A stretch of 64,000 nt of DNA. It comes from a virus. The position numbers and the translations under genes are program-made. The notes beneath the pieces are model-generated. The model was not told where the DNA came from, did not search any database, and was given only the letters and a program-made list of their open reading frames with translations. Each line of letters begins with the position of its first letter. The stretch's first letter is position 1. The stretch spans positions 4,018-68,017 of the IMG/VR virus record IMGVR_UViG_3300010376_000036, one strand, 5' to 3'. This document shows positions 18,615 to 26,781 of this stretch, piece after piece.

Positions 18615-19433
18615 TTAAGCCGCCTTGATTTCGCCGGTGTGTTTTAAGATTTGGATCGGATAGGGCCCATTGACAGGGAGTCCGCGTGCTTCGCGGCCTT
18701 TCACCCAATAGTGGCTAAGAAAGATTTTCACGGCGCGACGCTTGGCGCGACTATGCAGATGGCCATCAGAGAGTTTGCCTTCCTTGAGCCGTTTTACGGT
18801 GACGCTGTCATCGCTCCTGAATTTCTTATTAGCCAGCTCACGCTTTGCTGCGTCCGCGTACTGGCCAGCTTCATTGCGGCGCACTTCCTCTGCCTTGAAC
18901 TCAGCGTAGAGCTTGCCGTAGGTGGCGCCTTCTTTGCCGCTGACTTTGACAAAGGATTCGCCCAGCTTCCACACCAGGGTTTTGAGTCGGGTGTTATACG
19001 GCACTTTGGTACCGCGCACTTTGCGATCTGCGCCCGGGGCTTGGCCGGCAAATTTCCACAGGCTGGAGACCGTCGGGGCACGCTCGAGGTCGATATGGGC
19101 CGCCAAGCCGGCGGCGATCACCGGGCCGATGCCGATCTGATCATAGGCCCATTTCGCTTCGGCCGGACTTTTATCACTCTCCACCCATTGCCTGAGTTTG
19201 CCTTGAATCACTTTCTCGCCCAGCTCTAACCAGTAACTAAACCAAGTGACTAACTCTCCGGGCCCTTCCGCGAACTCTTTGTTGCCGTGCATGATGCGCA
19301 ATTTTTGCGCATCGTAATAGAGCTCGACGGCATCGGCGACGTCTTTAGTTTCCAGCTCGTAGGCCTTGATGATCTTATCGACCAGGATGGTCTGCGTCTC
19401 GATGATCTCGATGGCTTTGAATGGTCGTTTCAT
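18615..19433 (-). CDS. tasA: TIGR-associated Nop-domain protein without nuclease domain (TasA-like)
   Basis: GIGPVIAAGLAAHID...SSLWKFAG...YNTRLKTLVWKLGESFVK...HSRAKRRAVKIFLSHYW is an IS110-C-terminal/Nop-type region. No DEDD RuvC or HNH domain seen. The array begins at the base after the stop codon. Confidence 0.85.
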   Translation of the reverse strand: MKRPFKAIEIIETQTILVDKIIKAYELETKDVADAVELYYDAQKLRIMHGNKEFAEGPGELVTWFSYWLELGEKVIQGKLRQWVESDKSPAEAKWAYDQIGIGPVIAAGLAAHIDLERAPTVSSLWKFAGQAPGADRKVRGTKVPYNTRLKTLVWKLGESFVKVSGKEGATYGKLYAEFKAEEVRRNEAGQYADAAKRELANKKFRSDDSVTVKRLKEGKLSDGHLHSRAKRRAVKIFLSHYWVKGREARGLPVNGPYPIQILKHTGEIKAA

Positions 19434-19690
19434 CGCAGTGGCTCATCAGCTTGGAAAGTGAAATAGTACCGTGGACTGTGCTGGAATTCGAGTGAGCCCA
19501 GCGCATCGTCTGACTTGCGGCGGACGATGACATAGGGCGCCATGAACCCGGTTACGCTAAACTCTGCGCCAAGCTCGGCCGTGTTCCATACTTGCCCGTA
19601 GCGGGCTTCCAGCTCAGCGCGGTTGTCAGTTTGCTGTGCGGCGAGCTCACTGACGCGCGCGCGTCGGAATGGTTCAGTGTCGTCTGTCAT
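19430..19690 (-). CDS. Conserved hypothetical protein, translationally coupled to the tasA-like gene
   Basis: YGQVWNTAEL...GFMAPYVIVRRKSD...GSLEFQHSPRYYF; ATGA overlap. Confidence 0.75.
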   Translation of the reverse strand: MTDDTEPFRRARVSELAAQQTDNRAELEARYGQVWNTAELGAEFSVTGFMAPYVIVRRKSDDALGSLEFQHSPRYYFTFQADEPLR

Positions 19691-19953
19691 CGCGGTGCCT
19701 CCGTCCAGCCTTGCTCGACGCAATGAGCCGCGCCACGCTTGATCAGGTCAAGCGCTACGGCATGCTCGATTGCATGAGGAATAGACCAGTAAAAGCGGAA
19801 ACGCTGGCCCTGATAAGCAGCGTTCCAGTGTCCAGTGCAGAAACCGCAGTTCGGCAACGGCTGACCGGCGAATTCCAGCGTGATATCGATCTGGGCTGGA
19901 TCGACCGGACCTTGAGATTTAATAAAGTAATTTTGTTCAGGTTGTTGTTTCAT
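19687..19953 (-). CDS. Hypothetical protein
   Basis: ATGA overlap with the next gene; start uncertain. Confidence 0.5.
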   Translation of the reverse strand: MKQQPEQNYFIKSQGPVDPAQIDITLEFAGQPLPNCGFCTGHWNAAYQGQRFRFYWSIPHAIEHAVALDLIKRGAAHCVEQGWTEAPR

Positions 19954-20015
19954 GGAGTGAGGGATGGTGATAAAGGAAAACGGTAGAAAGTAATTGGACT
20001 TGTTGTTGTGCATTC

Positions 20016-20061
20016 GAGCGGTTGTAGGGCTCAGCGCGAACTGCTGAGCCCCCGCTCTTTT
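20016..20061. terminator. GC-rich hairpin (terminator or processing site)
   Basis: GAGCGG..GGGCTCAGC-loop-GCTGAGCCC-CCGCTC followed by TTTT on the + strand. Confidence 0.5.
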
Positions 20062-20292
20062 CTATTCCGTACTTGCGGTTAAATCGGTTGAGATACGTTC
20101 GATCGAGTCATGGTTGAGAATCTCCATGTGCTGGCGGCCTCCCGGATGGTCGATGATGACGCACAAGCCTATGGGGCTAACCCAGGCATGATCGTGATGG
20201 GGTACATCATAGGTTTTACCTTTCTTGTGAAAGATCCGGAAGGGGCGGAAGTCTTCTGCATAAATCAGGGCTTTGATCGCTTCGGCATTCAT
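20062..20292 (-). CDS. Small PF(K/R)PF-family protein, paralog 3
   Basis: MNAEAIKALIYAEDFRPFRIFHKKGKTYDVPHHDHAWVSP...IERIS. Confidence 0.75.
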   Translation of the reverse strand: MNAEAIKALIYAEDFRPFRIFHKKGKTYDVPHHDHAWVSPIGLCVIIDHPGGRQHMEILNHDSIERISTDLTASTE

Positions 20293-20323
20293 TTTATACG
20301 GTACCAAACGGTACGACTCAAGC
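20293..20323 (-). promoter_or_regulatory. Promoter/operator TTGAGT-N17-TATAAA
   Basis: 28 bp (20296-20323) are identical to 22071-22098. Confidence 0.7.
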
Positions 20324-20339
20324 ATTGTTTTGGTTTATT

Positions 20340-20429
20340 TTAGAAGTGCCATGCCACGCTTAAGATGGCGAGCACGCCCAAAGCGATGATCAAGAGAAGA
20401 GGCAAGAGCTGGTTAAGGCGGTGGTACAT
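20340..20429 (-). CDS. 29-aa membrane micropeptide
   Basis: MYHRLNQLLPLLLIIALGVLAILSVAWHF; the ATG abuts the upstream stop. Confidence 0.55.
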   Translation of the reverse strand: MYHRLNQLLPLLLIIALGVLAILSVAWHF

Positions 20430-20690
20430 TTAAAAGGGTAAATAATCTTCGTCTTCGTCGTCAACGTTGGTGGGGTCGTAGCAATCCCAGTAGACGCCAA
20501 AGATTGCTTTAAAGTCCGTGAACAGATCGCCGGGACGCAGCGCTTGAACGCTGCCGTCGGCGTGCCGGAACCAGCGCTTGGTGTAGGGCATCACCCAGTG
20601 CAACGGGCGCACAAGTTCGTCATCTGATTGCGGGCAGCTTTCCAGCCATTCGTCGGCTGGGTCAGTGGTTTTCCAATGGTCGTATGTCAT
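20430..20690 (-). CDS. Hypothetical protein
   Basis: MTYDHWKTTDP start and acidic DYLPF tail. Confidence 0.6.
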   Translation of the reverse strand: MTYDHWKTTDPADEWLESCPQSDDELVRPLHWVMPYTKRWFRHADGSVQALRPGDLFTDFKAIFGVYWDCYDPTNVDDEDEDYLPF

Positions 20691-20709
20691 AATGCTTTTG
20701 CTGCTGAGC

Positions 20710-20931
20710 TCATGGCGAGTGATGGGTGAGGATATAGACCAAGACCGGTGCCACGATGCTGCTGCCGACACTGACCAGGACCGGTATCCACCATTTGGTT
20801 CGGACCTCTTCGCGCAGATCGCCTATTTCTTTGCACAGGGCCAAGAGCGCTTCGCGAACTTCGATAACGGATTGGGCAAGATCGGTTTTGGTCACCAAAA
20901 CGTGAGCATCCTCAAGTTCAGAAATCTTCAT
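20710..20931 (-). CDS. CCDC90/DUF1640-like membrane-anchored coiled coil
   Basis: LVTKTDL...C-terminal TM segment; resembles 11133-11345. Confidence 0.6.
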   Translation of the reverse strand: MKISELEDAHVLVTKTDLAQSVIEVREALLALCKEIGDLREEVRTKWWIPVLVSVGSSIVAPVLVYILTHHSP

Positions 20932-20979
20932 AAAGGTTGAGCCTCGCGGAGCTCATGGGAGATCCTTGCGATTAGATGT

Positions 20980-21192
20980 TCACTTGGATAAAGCCTCTGA
21001 ACGCTTCTCAGCGTCCCTGATTAGCTGGGCGGCAGCTTCGACGGCCATTGCCGGGCTGCAGTAGACGTAGGAGTTCGCCAGCGTGGCGGTTCCAGTCACG
21101 TAGAGCCGGTAGCGGCCGGTGGTCGGATCCAGTCCGATGTCGTAGCATTTGTGGGTGAGGACAACAATTGGGGTTGGTCTGATGTTTTTCAT
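20980..21192 (-). CDS. Hypothetical protein
   Basis: 70 aa; TAATG overlap. Confidence 0.55.
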   Translation of the reverse strand: MKNIRPTPIVVLTHKCYDIGLDPTTGRYRLYVTGTATLANSYVYCSPAMAVEAAAQLIRDAEKRSEALSK

Positions 21193-21404
21193 TAGGGTTT
21201 GGCAATAGTGAGACGGAAGTCGCCCTCGGAGGCCCAGACGTCGTACGCTTGAGCGTCAACGAGCCAGCAGGTGCCGACATCGTAATGTTCCTGGAGCCAC
21301 TCGACGGCACCTTGAGGGTCGGGTGCGGTGACGTGGACGATCTCGTTGAGTTTGCGCGAATCTTGGATCGCGAATTCGAGTTGCAAATTTTCAGTGATAA
21401 ACAT
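21192..21404 (-). CDS. Hypothetical protein
   Basis: 70-aa ORF in the early operon. Confidence 0.55.
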   Translation of the reverse strand: MFITENLQLEFAIQDSRKLNEIVHVTAPDPQGAVEWLQEHYDVGTCWLVDAQAYDVWASEGDFRLTIAKP

Positions 21405-21417
21405 GGTCGGAAGAGGA

Positions 21418-21609
21418 TTAGGAGACTTTTACGAGCGTGATAGCGAACTCCAGCGAGCGGCGCGCCCCCGCGTGATAGGGATGGTCAAAGTCGAAGAATC
21501 GGCTGCGATCATTGAGCACGGCCAGATGGTCGGATAACGCCTTGAGCGCGGCGGCTTTGGCCTCCTCGCGGGCGGCTTGTTTCAGTTCGTACTGTTCAAG
21601 GATGGTCAT
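21418..21609 (-). CDS. Hypothetical protein
   Basis: MTILEQYELKQAAREE... Confidence 0.5.
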   Translation of the reverse strand: MTILEQYELKQAAREEAKAAALKALSDHLAVLNDRSRFFDFDHPYHAGARRSLEFAITLVKVS

Positions 21610-21890
21610 TTGGCTTAAGAGAGGGCTGATTGTTGGTTCAAAGAGATACAGAAGGCGGAGGTTCCAGGGTCCACCGCTGTGGTGGACCCCCTCCAATTCA
21701 GAGTTTGGCAATCAAGGATTCAATGGAGCGAATTGCCGGGAATGGGTGAGCGTAATTAGGCTGGTCGTTGAGCATCCCGAGGTGGTCCTTCATTTCCTCG
21801 ATGACGATCTCCCGAATCTCTGCAGGAACCTCAATTTCGAGCGGTCTTTGGACTTGGTGACTGAGGCGATGCAAGAGCAAGCGCAGGGCA

Positions 21891-22061
21891 TTAAGGTTGG
21901 CTCCGCTTCCAGAGTTCAGTTTTGGCGATGTGCAGCGCATCGACTTGAGTGCAACAAGCATACGGATAAAGCCAGATGATGCGGCCTTTTTCGCGTAGAA
22001 CCGCGCGGAACTGGCCGAGGTGCTTGATGAAGCCCGCCTTGAGAAGAGAAGTTGTCTGCAT
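21891..22061 (-). CDS. Hypothetical protein, first gene of the leftward operon (leaderless)
   Basis: ATG lies 6 nt after the TATGAT -10 box. Confidence 0.55.
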   Translation of the reverse strand: MQTTSLLKAGFIKHLGQFRAVLREKGRIIWLYPYACCTQVDALHIAKTELWKRSQP

Positions 22062-22067
22062 ACCGCT

Positions 22068-22098
22068 ATCATACGGTACCAAACGGTACGACTCAAGC
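22068..22098 (-). promoter_or_regulatory. Leftward promoter TTGAGT-N17-TATGAT with GTACC-GTTT-GGTAC operator
   Basis: -35 at 22091-22096 and -10 at 22068-22073. Confidence 0.8.
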
Positions 22099-22129
22099 GA
22101 TTTTTTCATTTATTTTGTGGGGAAAAGGC

Positions 22130-22160
22130 TTGAGTCGGCCGTGAACGTACCGTATGGTAC
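22130..22160 (+). promoter_or_regulatory. Rightward promoter TTGAGT-N17-TATGGT with GTACC-GTAT-GGTAC operator
   Basis: -35 at 22130-22135, -10 at 22153-22158, inverted repeat at 22147-22160. Confidence 0.75.
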
Positions 22161-22173
22161 CACTTAAAACCTT

Positions 22174-22434
22174 ATGGCGAACAAGTTGAAAACCAAACCT
22201 AAGCGGATGAGTGATGAGGCGTTCAAATCGCTGGAGCTCCAACATTTCAAGACGCGTCGGCCCCCTTATCAGCCGGCTCGGCGCTACCAGCGGCCGGCCG
22301 GGATCCAGATCTCCTTGCGGCTGCCGCGCGAAACTCTTGCCAAGCTGACCCGCTTATCGAAAAGCGCCTTCCAGTCTAAAAGTCAGTTTATCACCAAGCT
22401 TTTATCGACGTTATCCGAGGAGCGACCCCTTTAA
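22174..22434 (+). CDS. RHH (CopG/BrnA-like) regulator
   Basis: QISLRLPRETLAKLTRLSK...SKSQFITKLL. Confidence 0.7.
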   Translation: MANKLKTKPKRMSDEAFKSLELQHFKTRRPPYQPARRYQRPAGIQISLRLPRETLAKLTRLSKSAFQSKSQFITKLLSTLSEERPL

Positions 22435-22644
22435 ATGAGCACGCACACGGGCCAAAAAGCTAAAGCCATCACCAAGGCTGAATACGAGTTGCTTTACCAA
22501 GGTGTGCGCGCAGCGATTCACACCCTGGAGACGATGCTGGAAAACGAGGAGGACTTGAGTCATGCTGCCCGGGAATGGTTGGTGAGCCGGCTGGAAGACT
22601 GGCAACGCTTAAAAGAGAAAATTGACACCAAGCTCGAACTCTAG
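22435..22644 (+). CDS. Hypothetical protein
   Basis: 69 aa; abuts the upstream stop. Confidence 0.6.
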   Translation: MSTHTGQKAKAITKAEYELLYQGVRAAIHTLETMLENEEDLSHAAREWLVSRLEDWQRLKEKIDTKLEL

Positions 22645-22702
22645 ATGCGCAACGGCAGAAATCTCCGATATCGTCAACTTTTTACTATCGCTGAGGCACT
22701 TA
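22645..22702 (-). repeat. 58-bp dispersed element, copy C
   Basis: TAAGTGCCTCAGCGATAGTAAAAAGTTGACGATATCGGAGATTTCTGCCGTTGCGCAT; 50/58 identical to copy A. Confidence 0.9.
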
Positions 22703-22706
22703 GGAC

Positions 22707-23258
22707 GTGAAAAACGAGGCCCAGAAACGGTTGGAACTGGCGCAAAAGTGGGCACGAAACAAGAAGTTTCCGGTCATGCCGAGTACGCCGTTAGCGCCCG
22801 AAACGCCGGCTCCGCGCTTAGCGGAAGTGGTCGAGAAACGCGGGCCTGAACTTGCCACGGCTGCCATCGCGGCCTGGAACGCGCGGTTGGCTGGCGAGCC
22901 ACTAGTGGACGTGGCGCATCAGATGGGCGTCTCGATTGCAGCGGCTAAAGCGTTGATTCGCGAGGCGCACGAAGCGATTGCCGAGGACCTCAAAACCGCC
23001 CTTAATCAGAACCGTGAACTGGACCTGCAGCGGACCGACCAGATTTTAAAAGCCTTTTTACCGGCCGCCAAGGAAGGCGACCGCGATTCGGCCTCGATTG
23101 TGCTCAAAGCGTTAAATCACCGGGCACGGCTCTGCGGGACTGAACCGCAAGCAGACCCTGGGCGCTCCAAGCCTGAGAACGTCCTTATCTGGATTCAGCA
23201 ACAATTGCCCAGTATCAACCGGATTGTGGACGCGTTACCGGTGGAGTTCGAACGATGA
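22707..23258 (+). CDS. HTH protein, terminase-small-subunit-like
   Basis: RLAGEPLVDVAHQMGVS HTH, then ELDLQRTD...A..GD..S..IVLKALNHRARLCG. Confidence 0.6.
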   Translation: MKNEAQKRLELAQKWARNKKFPVMPSTPLAPETPAPRLAEVVEKRGPELATAAIAAWNARLAGEPLVDVAHQMGVSIAAAKALIREAHEAIAEDLKTALNQNRELDLQRTDQILKAFLPAAKEGDRDSASIVLKALNHRARLCGTEPQADPGRSKPENVLIWIQQQLPSINRIVDALPVEFER

Positions 23259-23557
23259 AAAAGCTAGTCACCACGCATGAGTTGGGTTTGCGGATGTGGC
23301 AATTGGCCTGGGATGATTCACGTTATCGAAAAGCGCTCGGTGCCACCAGGATTGACATGAAGAACGCTGGCGAAACCTGCCAGAAATTCTGGATCTTGGG
23401 CGCGATATTCAGTTTGAACGCGCTGGCCGGGATGGAGTTTGGGGGCAAACCGGCACTGAAGACTTTCAAGGTGGCGGAGACCGGCGAGATCGTGGTGAAA
23501 GGTCCACGGATACTTTTAAAGCTGCCTAATATCGGTGAAACCGAAAACGGGGAATGA
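23255..23557 (+). CDS. Hypothetical protein
   Basis: ATGA-coupled ORF. Confidence 0.55.
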   Translation: MKKLVTTHELGLRMWQLAWDDSRYRKALGATRIDMKNAGETCQKFWILGAIFSLNALAGMEFGGKPALKTFKVAETGEIVVKGPRILLKLPNIGETENGE

Positions 23558-23572
23558 ACGGCACTGGAGGTT

Positions 23573-23833
23573 ATGTCCAAAGAACGGAAAGCGATCTGTA
23601 AACATATTGTCGAGTCCTGGGATATGTTCAAGGAAGGCGGCGCGCTCGAGGCGGTACAGGCGGAGTTCGGGGAGATGACCGAGGAACAGAAACGAGTGTT
23701 TGAAGCCGGATGGAAGATCGGGTTTGATTGTTGTCTATTGGAAGCGCAAAGCGCGGTGGAAGATTTGGGTACGCCGGCCATCCTGGAAGTGATGGAACAA
23801 TATCTGCATGATAAAGAGTGGCGTGGGGAGTAA
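23573..23833 (+). CDS. Hypothetical protein
   Basis: GGAGG SD; 86 aa. Confidence 0.6.
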   Translation: MSKERKAICKHIVESWDMFKEGGALEAVQAEFGEMTEEQKRVFEAGWKIGFDCCLLEAQSAVEDLGTPAILEVMEQYLHDKEWRGE

Positions 23834-24097
23834 ATGAACACTCTTTACGAGCATCTGACGCCGGTGCAGCGGTGTCCGGTCTGCGGTCACTTGCTGGATT
23901 GCGCAGCGGGAGGGGCTGAGCACCCGGATATAGGCGATATTACCCTTTGTGTGGGGTGTCTTGAGCCGTTGGAGTTTGGTGCTGGCATGTTGCTGGTCCG
24001 GGTGTGCCCGGAAGGGTTAAATGACATGACGCGGGCGCAAATAGCGTATTTGCAATTGTTGATCGGCTGCCACCGGTGGATCGGCAAGAAAAAATGA
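23834..24097 (+). CDS. Zn-ribbon protein
   Basis: CPVCGHLLDCA...GDITLCVGC. Confidence 0.6.
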   Translation: MNTLYEHLTPVQRCPVCGHLLDCAAGGAEHPDIGDITLCVGCLEPLEFGAGMLLVRVCPEGLNDMTRAQIAYLQLLIGCHRWIGKKK

Positions 24098-24248
24098 AGT
24101 ACGGAAATTTCGGGCACTTTGATCTAGAGGGTGGCGGCGGGTACGGCGAAAACTCGGCTTATGACAAGCTCTTGCTTGATTGGTTGATTGTGTATTTGTT
24201 GATCCGAACCAAACAAGGGCAGACCGGTTGGATACGGGTATGATGTTC

Positions 24249-24476
24249 TCAGGGCTTGGAATCGAGCGCAGCACAAATAGCTTGGGCGACAAAGGAGGAG
24301 CGTTTGCCGTTAGGGACAGCAGCGCGAAAACGTTGGAGGATTTCCTTATCGAGTTTGACGCTCAAGGCCACTTGAGTTGAGCCGGTGGGTTTACGACCGG
24401 CGCCTTTACGTGCGCCACCGCGTTTTTTAGCTTCATGGCGGGCGAGCGCACCATAAAATTGATTTTCAAGGCTCAT
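24249..24476 (-). CDS. RHH-type DNA-binding protein
   Basis: RGGARKGAGRKP...LSVKLD...RSSFVAQAI. Confidence 0.7.
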   Translation of the reverse strand: MSLENQFYGALARHEAKKRGGARKGAGRKPTGSTQVALSVKLDKEILQRFRAAVPNGKRSSFVAQAICAALDSKP

Positions 24477-24843
24477 TTACGTGCTGTAGCGGAAGTTGCA
24501 GCTCGCGTGCGAGCAGGCGAACGTGAAGATAAGCGGATTGAAAACTAAAGAACGACTCTTCCAAGAAGCCGTCGATAAACAGATCGTACTGTTCGGTTTC
24601 TGGATTAAAGGCGATAGCGTAGGTCATGGTGGTGGGTTTAAGCATTTTCATTATTATTCGGGCGGTAAAAACGAATTCGCCGGTGTTGGTGTTGATCACA
24701 TGGGATTGAAAGCCCTGTAACCCGATGGCGCGGGCTTGTTCGGCGTTGATGGAGGCGCGTTCTTTGGCTTCGCGCAGAGAATCGAATCGGTCGCCTTCAT
24801 CGCGGGAGTCTGGTGTTCCTTCGTAGATCTGATACTTTTTCAT
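24466..24843 (-). CDS. Hypothetical protein
   Basis: MKKYQIYEGTPD...; start uncertain. Confidence 0.5.
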   Translation of the reverse strand: MKKYQIYEGTPDSRDEGDRFDSLREAKERASINAEQARAIGLQGFQSHVINTNTGEFVFTARIIMKMLKPTTMTYAIAFNPETEQYDLFIDGFLEESFFSFQSAYLHVRLLARELQLPLQHVNEP

Positions 24844-24907
24844 CTGGTGGATATCAATACGGCACAACTTGAAATAACTCAAGTCTTTTTTCAATCTTTC
24901 TTTTAAT

Positions 24908-25174
24908 ATGACGTGGCTTGATACCAACAAACGTTCGAGCACTTTCAGCCGAGTCGGCTACGAACCGGCGCATTTGACCTTGGTGCTTGAGTTTAAAGCT
25001 GGCGGGCGGTACAGCTACGCGAACGTGAGTCCGCGTGATCACAGCACGTTTTTGGCTCAACCCTCCCTGGGGCACGCGTTTAACCAGATGTTCTGGGGTA
25101 AACCCAAGTTGTACCCGAGCACCAAGCTCCCTGAACCGACTGCGCAGCTGCAACAACCAGGAGGATCGCGGTGA
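24908..25174 (+). CDS. KTSC domain protein
   Basis: SSTFSRVGYEP..LTLVLEFKAGGRYSYANV....FLAQPSLGHAFN. Confidence 0.85.
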   Translation: MTWLDTNKRSSTFSRVGYEPAHLTLVLEFKAGGRYSYANVSPRDHSTFLAQPSLGHAFNQMFWGKPKLYPSTKLPEPTAQLQQPGGSR

Positions 25175-25371
25175 GCGCGTACCACGAACCCGGCCCAAAT
25201 TTCATGCTGGAAGTTAAACCCATGAGCCTGGAAGCTTCCTTCGCCTTAGCCGCTAATCAACTAGACCGGATCATCGGCGCTTTAGAGCTCCAAACACGCA
25301 CACTCGGTACCCTGGTCACTCTCACCAACGAAATCCGCCTCGCCCTACGCGAAAACGCCCATAAACCTTAA
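25171..25371 (+). CDS. Hypothetical protein
   Basis: 66-aa coupled ORF. Confidence 0.5.
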   Translation: MSAYHEPGPNFMLEVKPMSLEASFALAANQLDRIIGALELQTRTLGTLVTLTNEIRLALRENAHKP

Positions 25372-25413
25372 CGAACGGGGTGCGCCACGAGCAGAGAAGC
25401 TCCTCCCGCACCT

Positions 25414-25668
25414 TTGCCCTCACCCTCCCTGCAACAAAGAATGAACGTCATGAAACGCCCAAACGCTCACCCAAGCTGGATCCAGCCCTGCGTGCAGTGC
25501 GGCAAACCTTTCCGAGCCGAATCAACTCGACGTAACCTGTTCTGTTCAACGGCTTGCTGCAATGCTACTCAGCGCTTGGTCTGGCAAGTCATTAGATCTC
25601 GCCGGATTGATGTGCTCCGGAAGATCATCCAACCACCCACTTCGTTGGACGGCGCTGCAGCGAGTTAG
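25414..25668 (+). CDS. Small Zn-finger protein
   Basis: CVQCGKPF...FCSTAC. Confidence 0.5.
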   Translation: MPSPSLQQRMNVMKRPNAHPSWIQPCVQCGKPFRAESTRRNLFCSTACCNATQRLVWQVIRSRRIDVLRKIIQPPTSLDGAAAS

Positions 25669-26177
25669 GGCGAGCCTACAGCTTCTTCGGGGCGGGTCTG
25701 GACTTCTGGTGGCTCTCCGGGGGCTCGACGCGCCAGAGGGCATCCTGGAGCGATTGTAGCGCGCAATGGAAGGATTGAAACCATTATCTGCGTTGATTTT
25801 CAACGGCTTATGCCAGGGTGGTTAACGCTTTGGTTAACATGGGTGCGCTTTGAGCAAGCGTGTTGCTCCCTGGGAGCGCCCTGGGTGCTTGGCACAAACT
25901 TGGCACTTCAGCGCCCCGGTTTCGGGCCTCGGCCCTCCCTGCCTAACGCCGGTCTGGTGGCCCCTCGAGGGGAGAGGGCCACCCTCCGGGCGTAATGCGG
26001 GCATTAGAGGCCCCCCATTGCCCGCCGCAGAGGTGGTCGGAGCCGGAGCGCCATCCACGGAAGTGCTGCTCCGACATTTCAGTAAAAAGGGTCCCATCTA
26101 CTGAAAGGGTGGTCGCCCATTACTTTTCTTGCCACAAGTAACGGAAAGTGCAAAACTGAGTAACACTTTGGGGTAAA

Positions 26178-26780
26178 ATGAGTAATGAGGAGATAAAGAG
26201 GCGTAACAGGGAGAGGGTGGCGCGATGGAGGGAGAAGAATCCGCAGAGTGCGAAGGCGCAGAGTGCGAAGGCGCAAGCGAAGCACCAAGCCAAGAAGAGA
26301 GGAGGAGCGGATGGAAGAACAAAAGAAGAGGTTGGGCGAATGGACATGGCGGGAACGGATAGTGATAGTGGACTCCCTTTTGGACACGGTACTGGATCGG
26401 GTACGAGGGGAGGACCGGGAACTGGTGCACATGATGCGTTACTGCATCCAGAAACTGGAGGAGCGCTATCCGCCGTTGGACGAGGACAGGATAGTGGGAA
26501 AGTTCGAGGGAGCAACGTTACGGGTGCGCGCAGCCGAATACGGTGGGAAGAATACGTAGAGGTGCCAATGGAAGAAGTCGAACTCGATGAATCGACCCGC
26601 CGAGAGTATCAGGCCCGATGGGCTAAGGCGCGAGCATTAAAGGCGACCCAACCCAAAAAAGAGGACCCGGAGCAAAAGGAGGTCGTACAGACCCAAGGTG
26701 AGAAGCTGGCATTAGAGTGGCTGGCGAGGAAGCAAAAGCCTGGGATAGTGGTGCCTGGGTTTGGAGAAGGGGACGAGTGA
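26178..26780 (+). CDS. Hypothetical protein with Gly-rich centre
   Basis: RRNRERVARWREK N-terminus; 200 aa. Confidence 0.5.
   Translation: MSNEEIKRRNRERVARWREKNPQSAKAQSAKAQAKHQAKKRGGADGRTKEEVGRMDMAGTDSDSGLPFGHGTGSGTRGGPGTGAHDALLHPETGGALSAVGRGQDSGKVRGSNVTGARSRIRWEEYVEVPMEEVELDESTRREYQARWAKARALKATQPKKEDPEQKEVVQTQGEKLALEWLARKQKPGIVVPGFGEGDE
26311..26559 (+). CDS. Nested 82-aa ORF in an alternative frame
   Basis: GGAGGAG SD at 26301-26307; amphipathic helical product MEEQKKRLGEWTWRERIVIVDSLLD... Confidence 0.45.
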   Translation: MEEQKKRLGEWTWRERIVIVDSLLDTVLDRVRGEDRELVHMMRYCIQKLEERYPPLDEDRIVGKFEGATLRVRAAEYGGKNT

Positions 26781-26781
26781 G

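Noticed and set aside
17418-18708. ORFs across the array (e.g. 17473-18348, 291 aa)
   Set aside because: They are by-products of the repeat. Unit lengths of 36-38 nt shift frame and produce WLA/GSL/ARS in all frames.
18615-19433. IS110 transposase / insertion sequence
   Set aside because: No N-terminal DEDD RuvC domain or catalytic Ser loop. The gene is operon-coupled and followed by a multi-unit array rather than IS ends.
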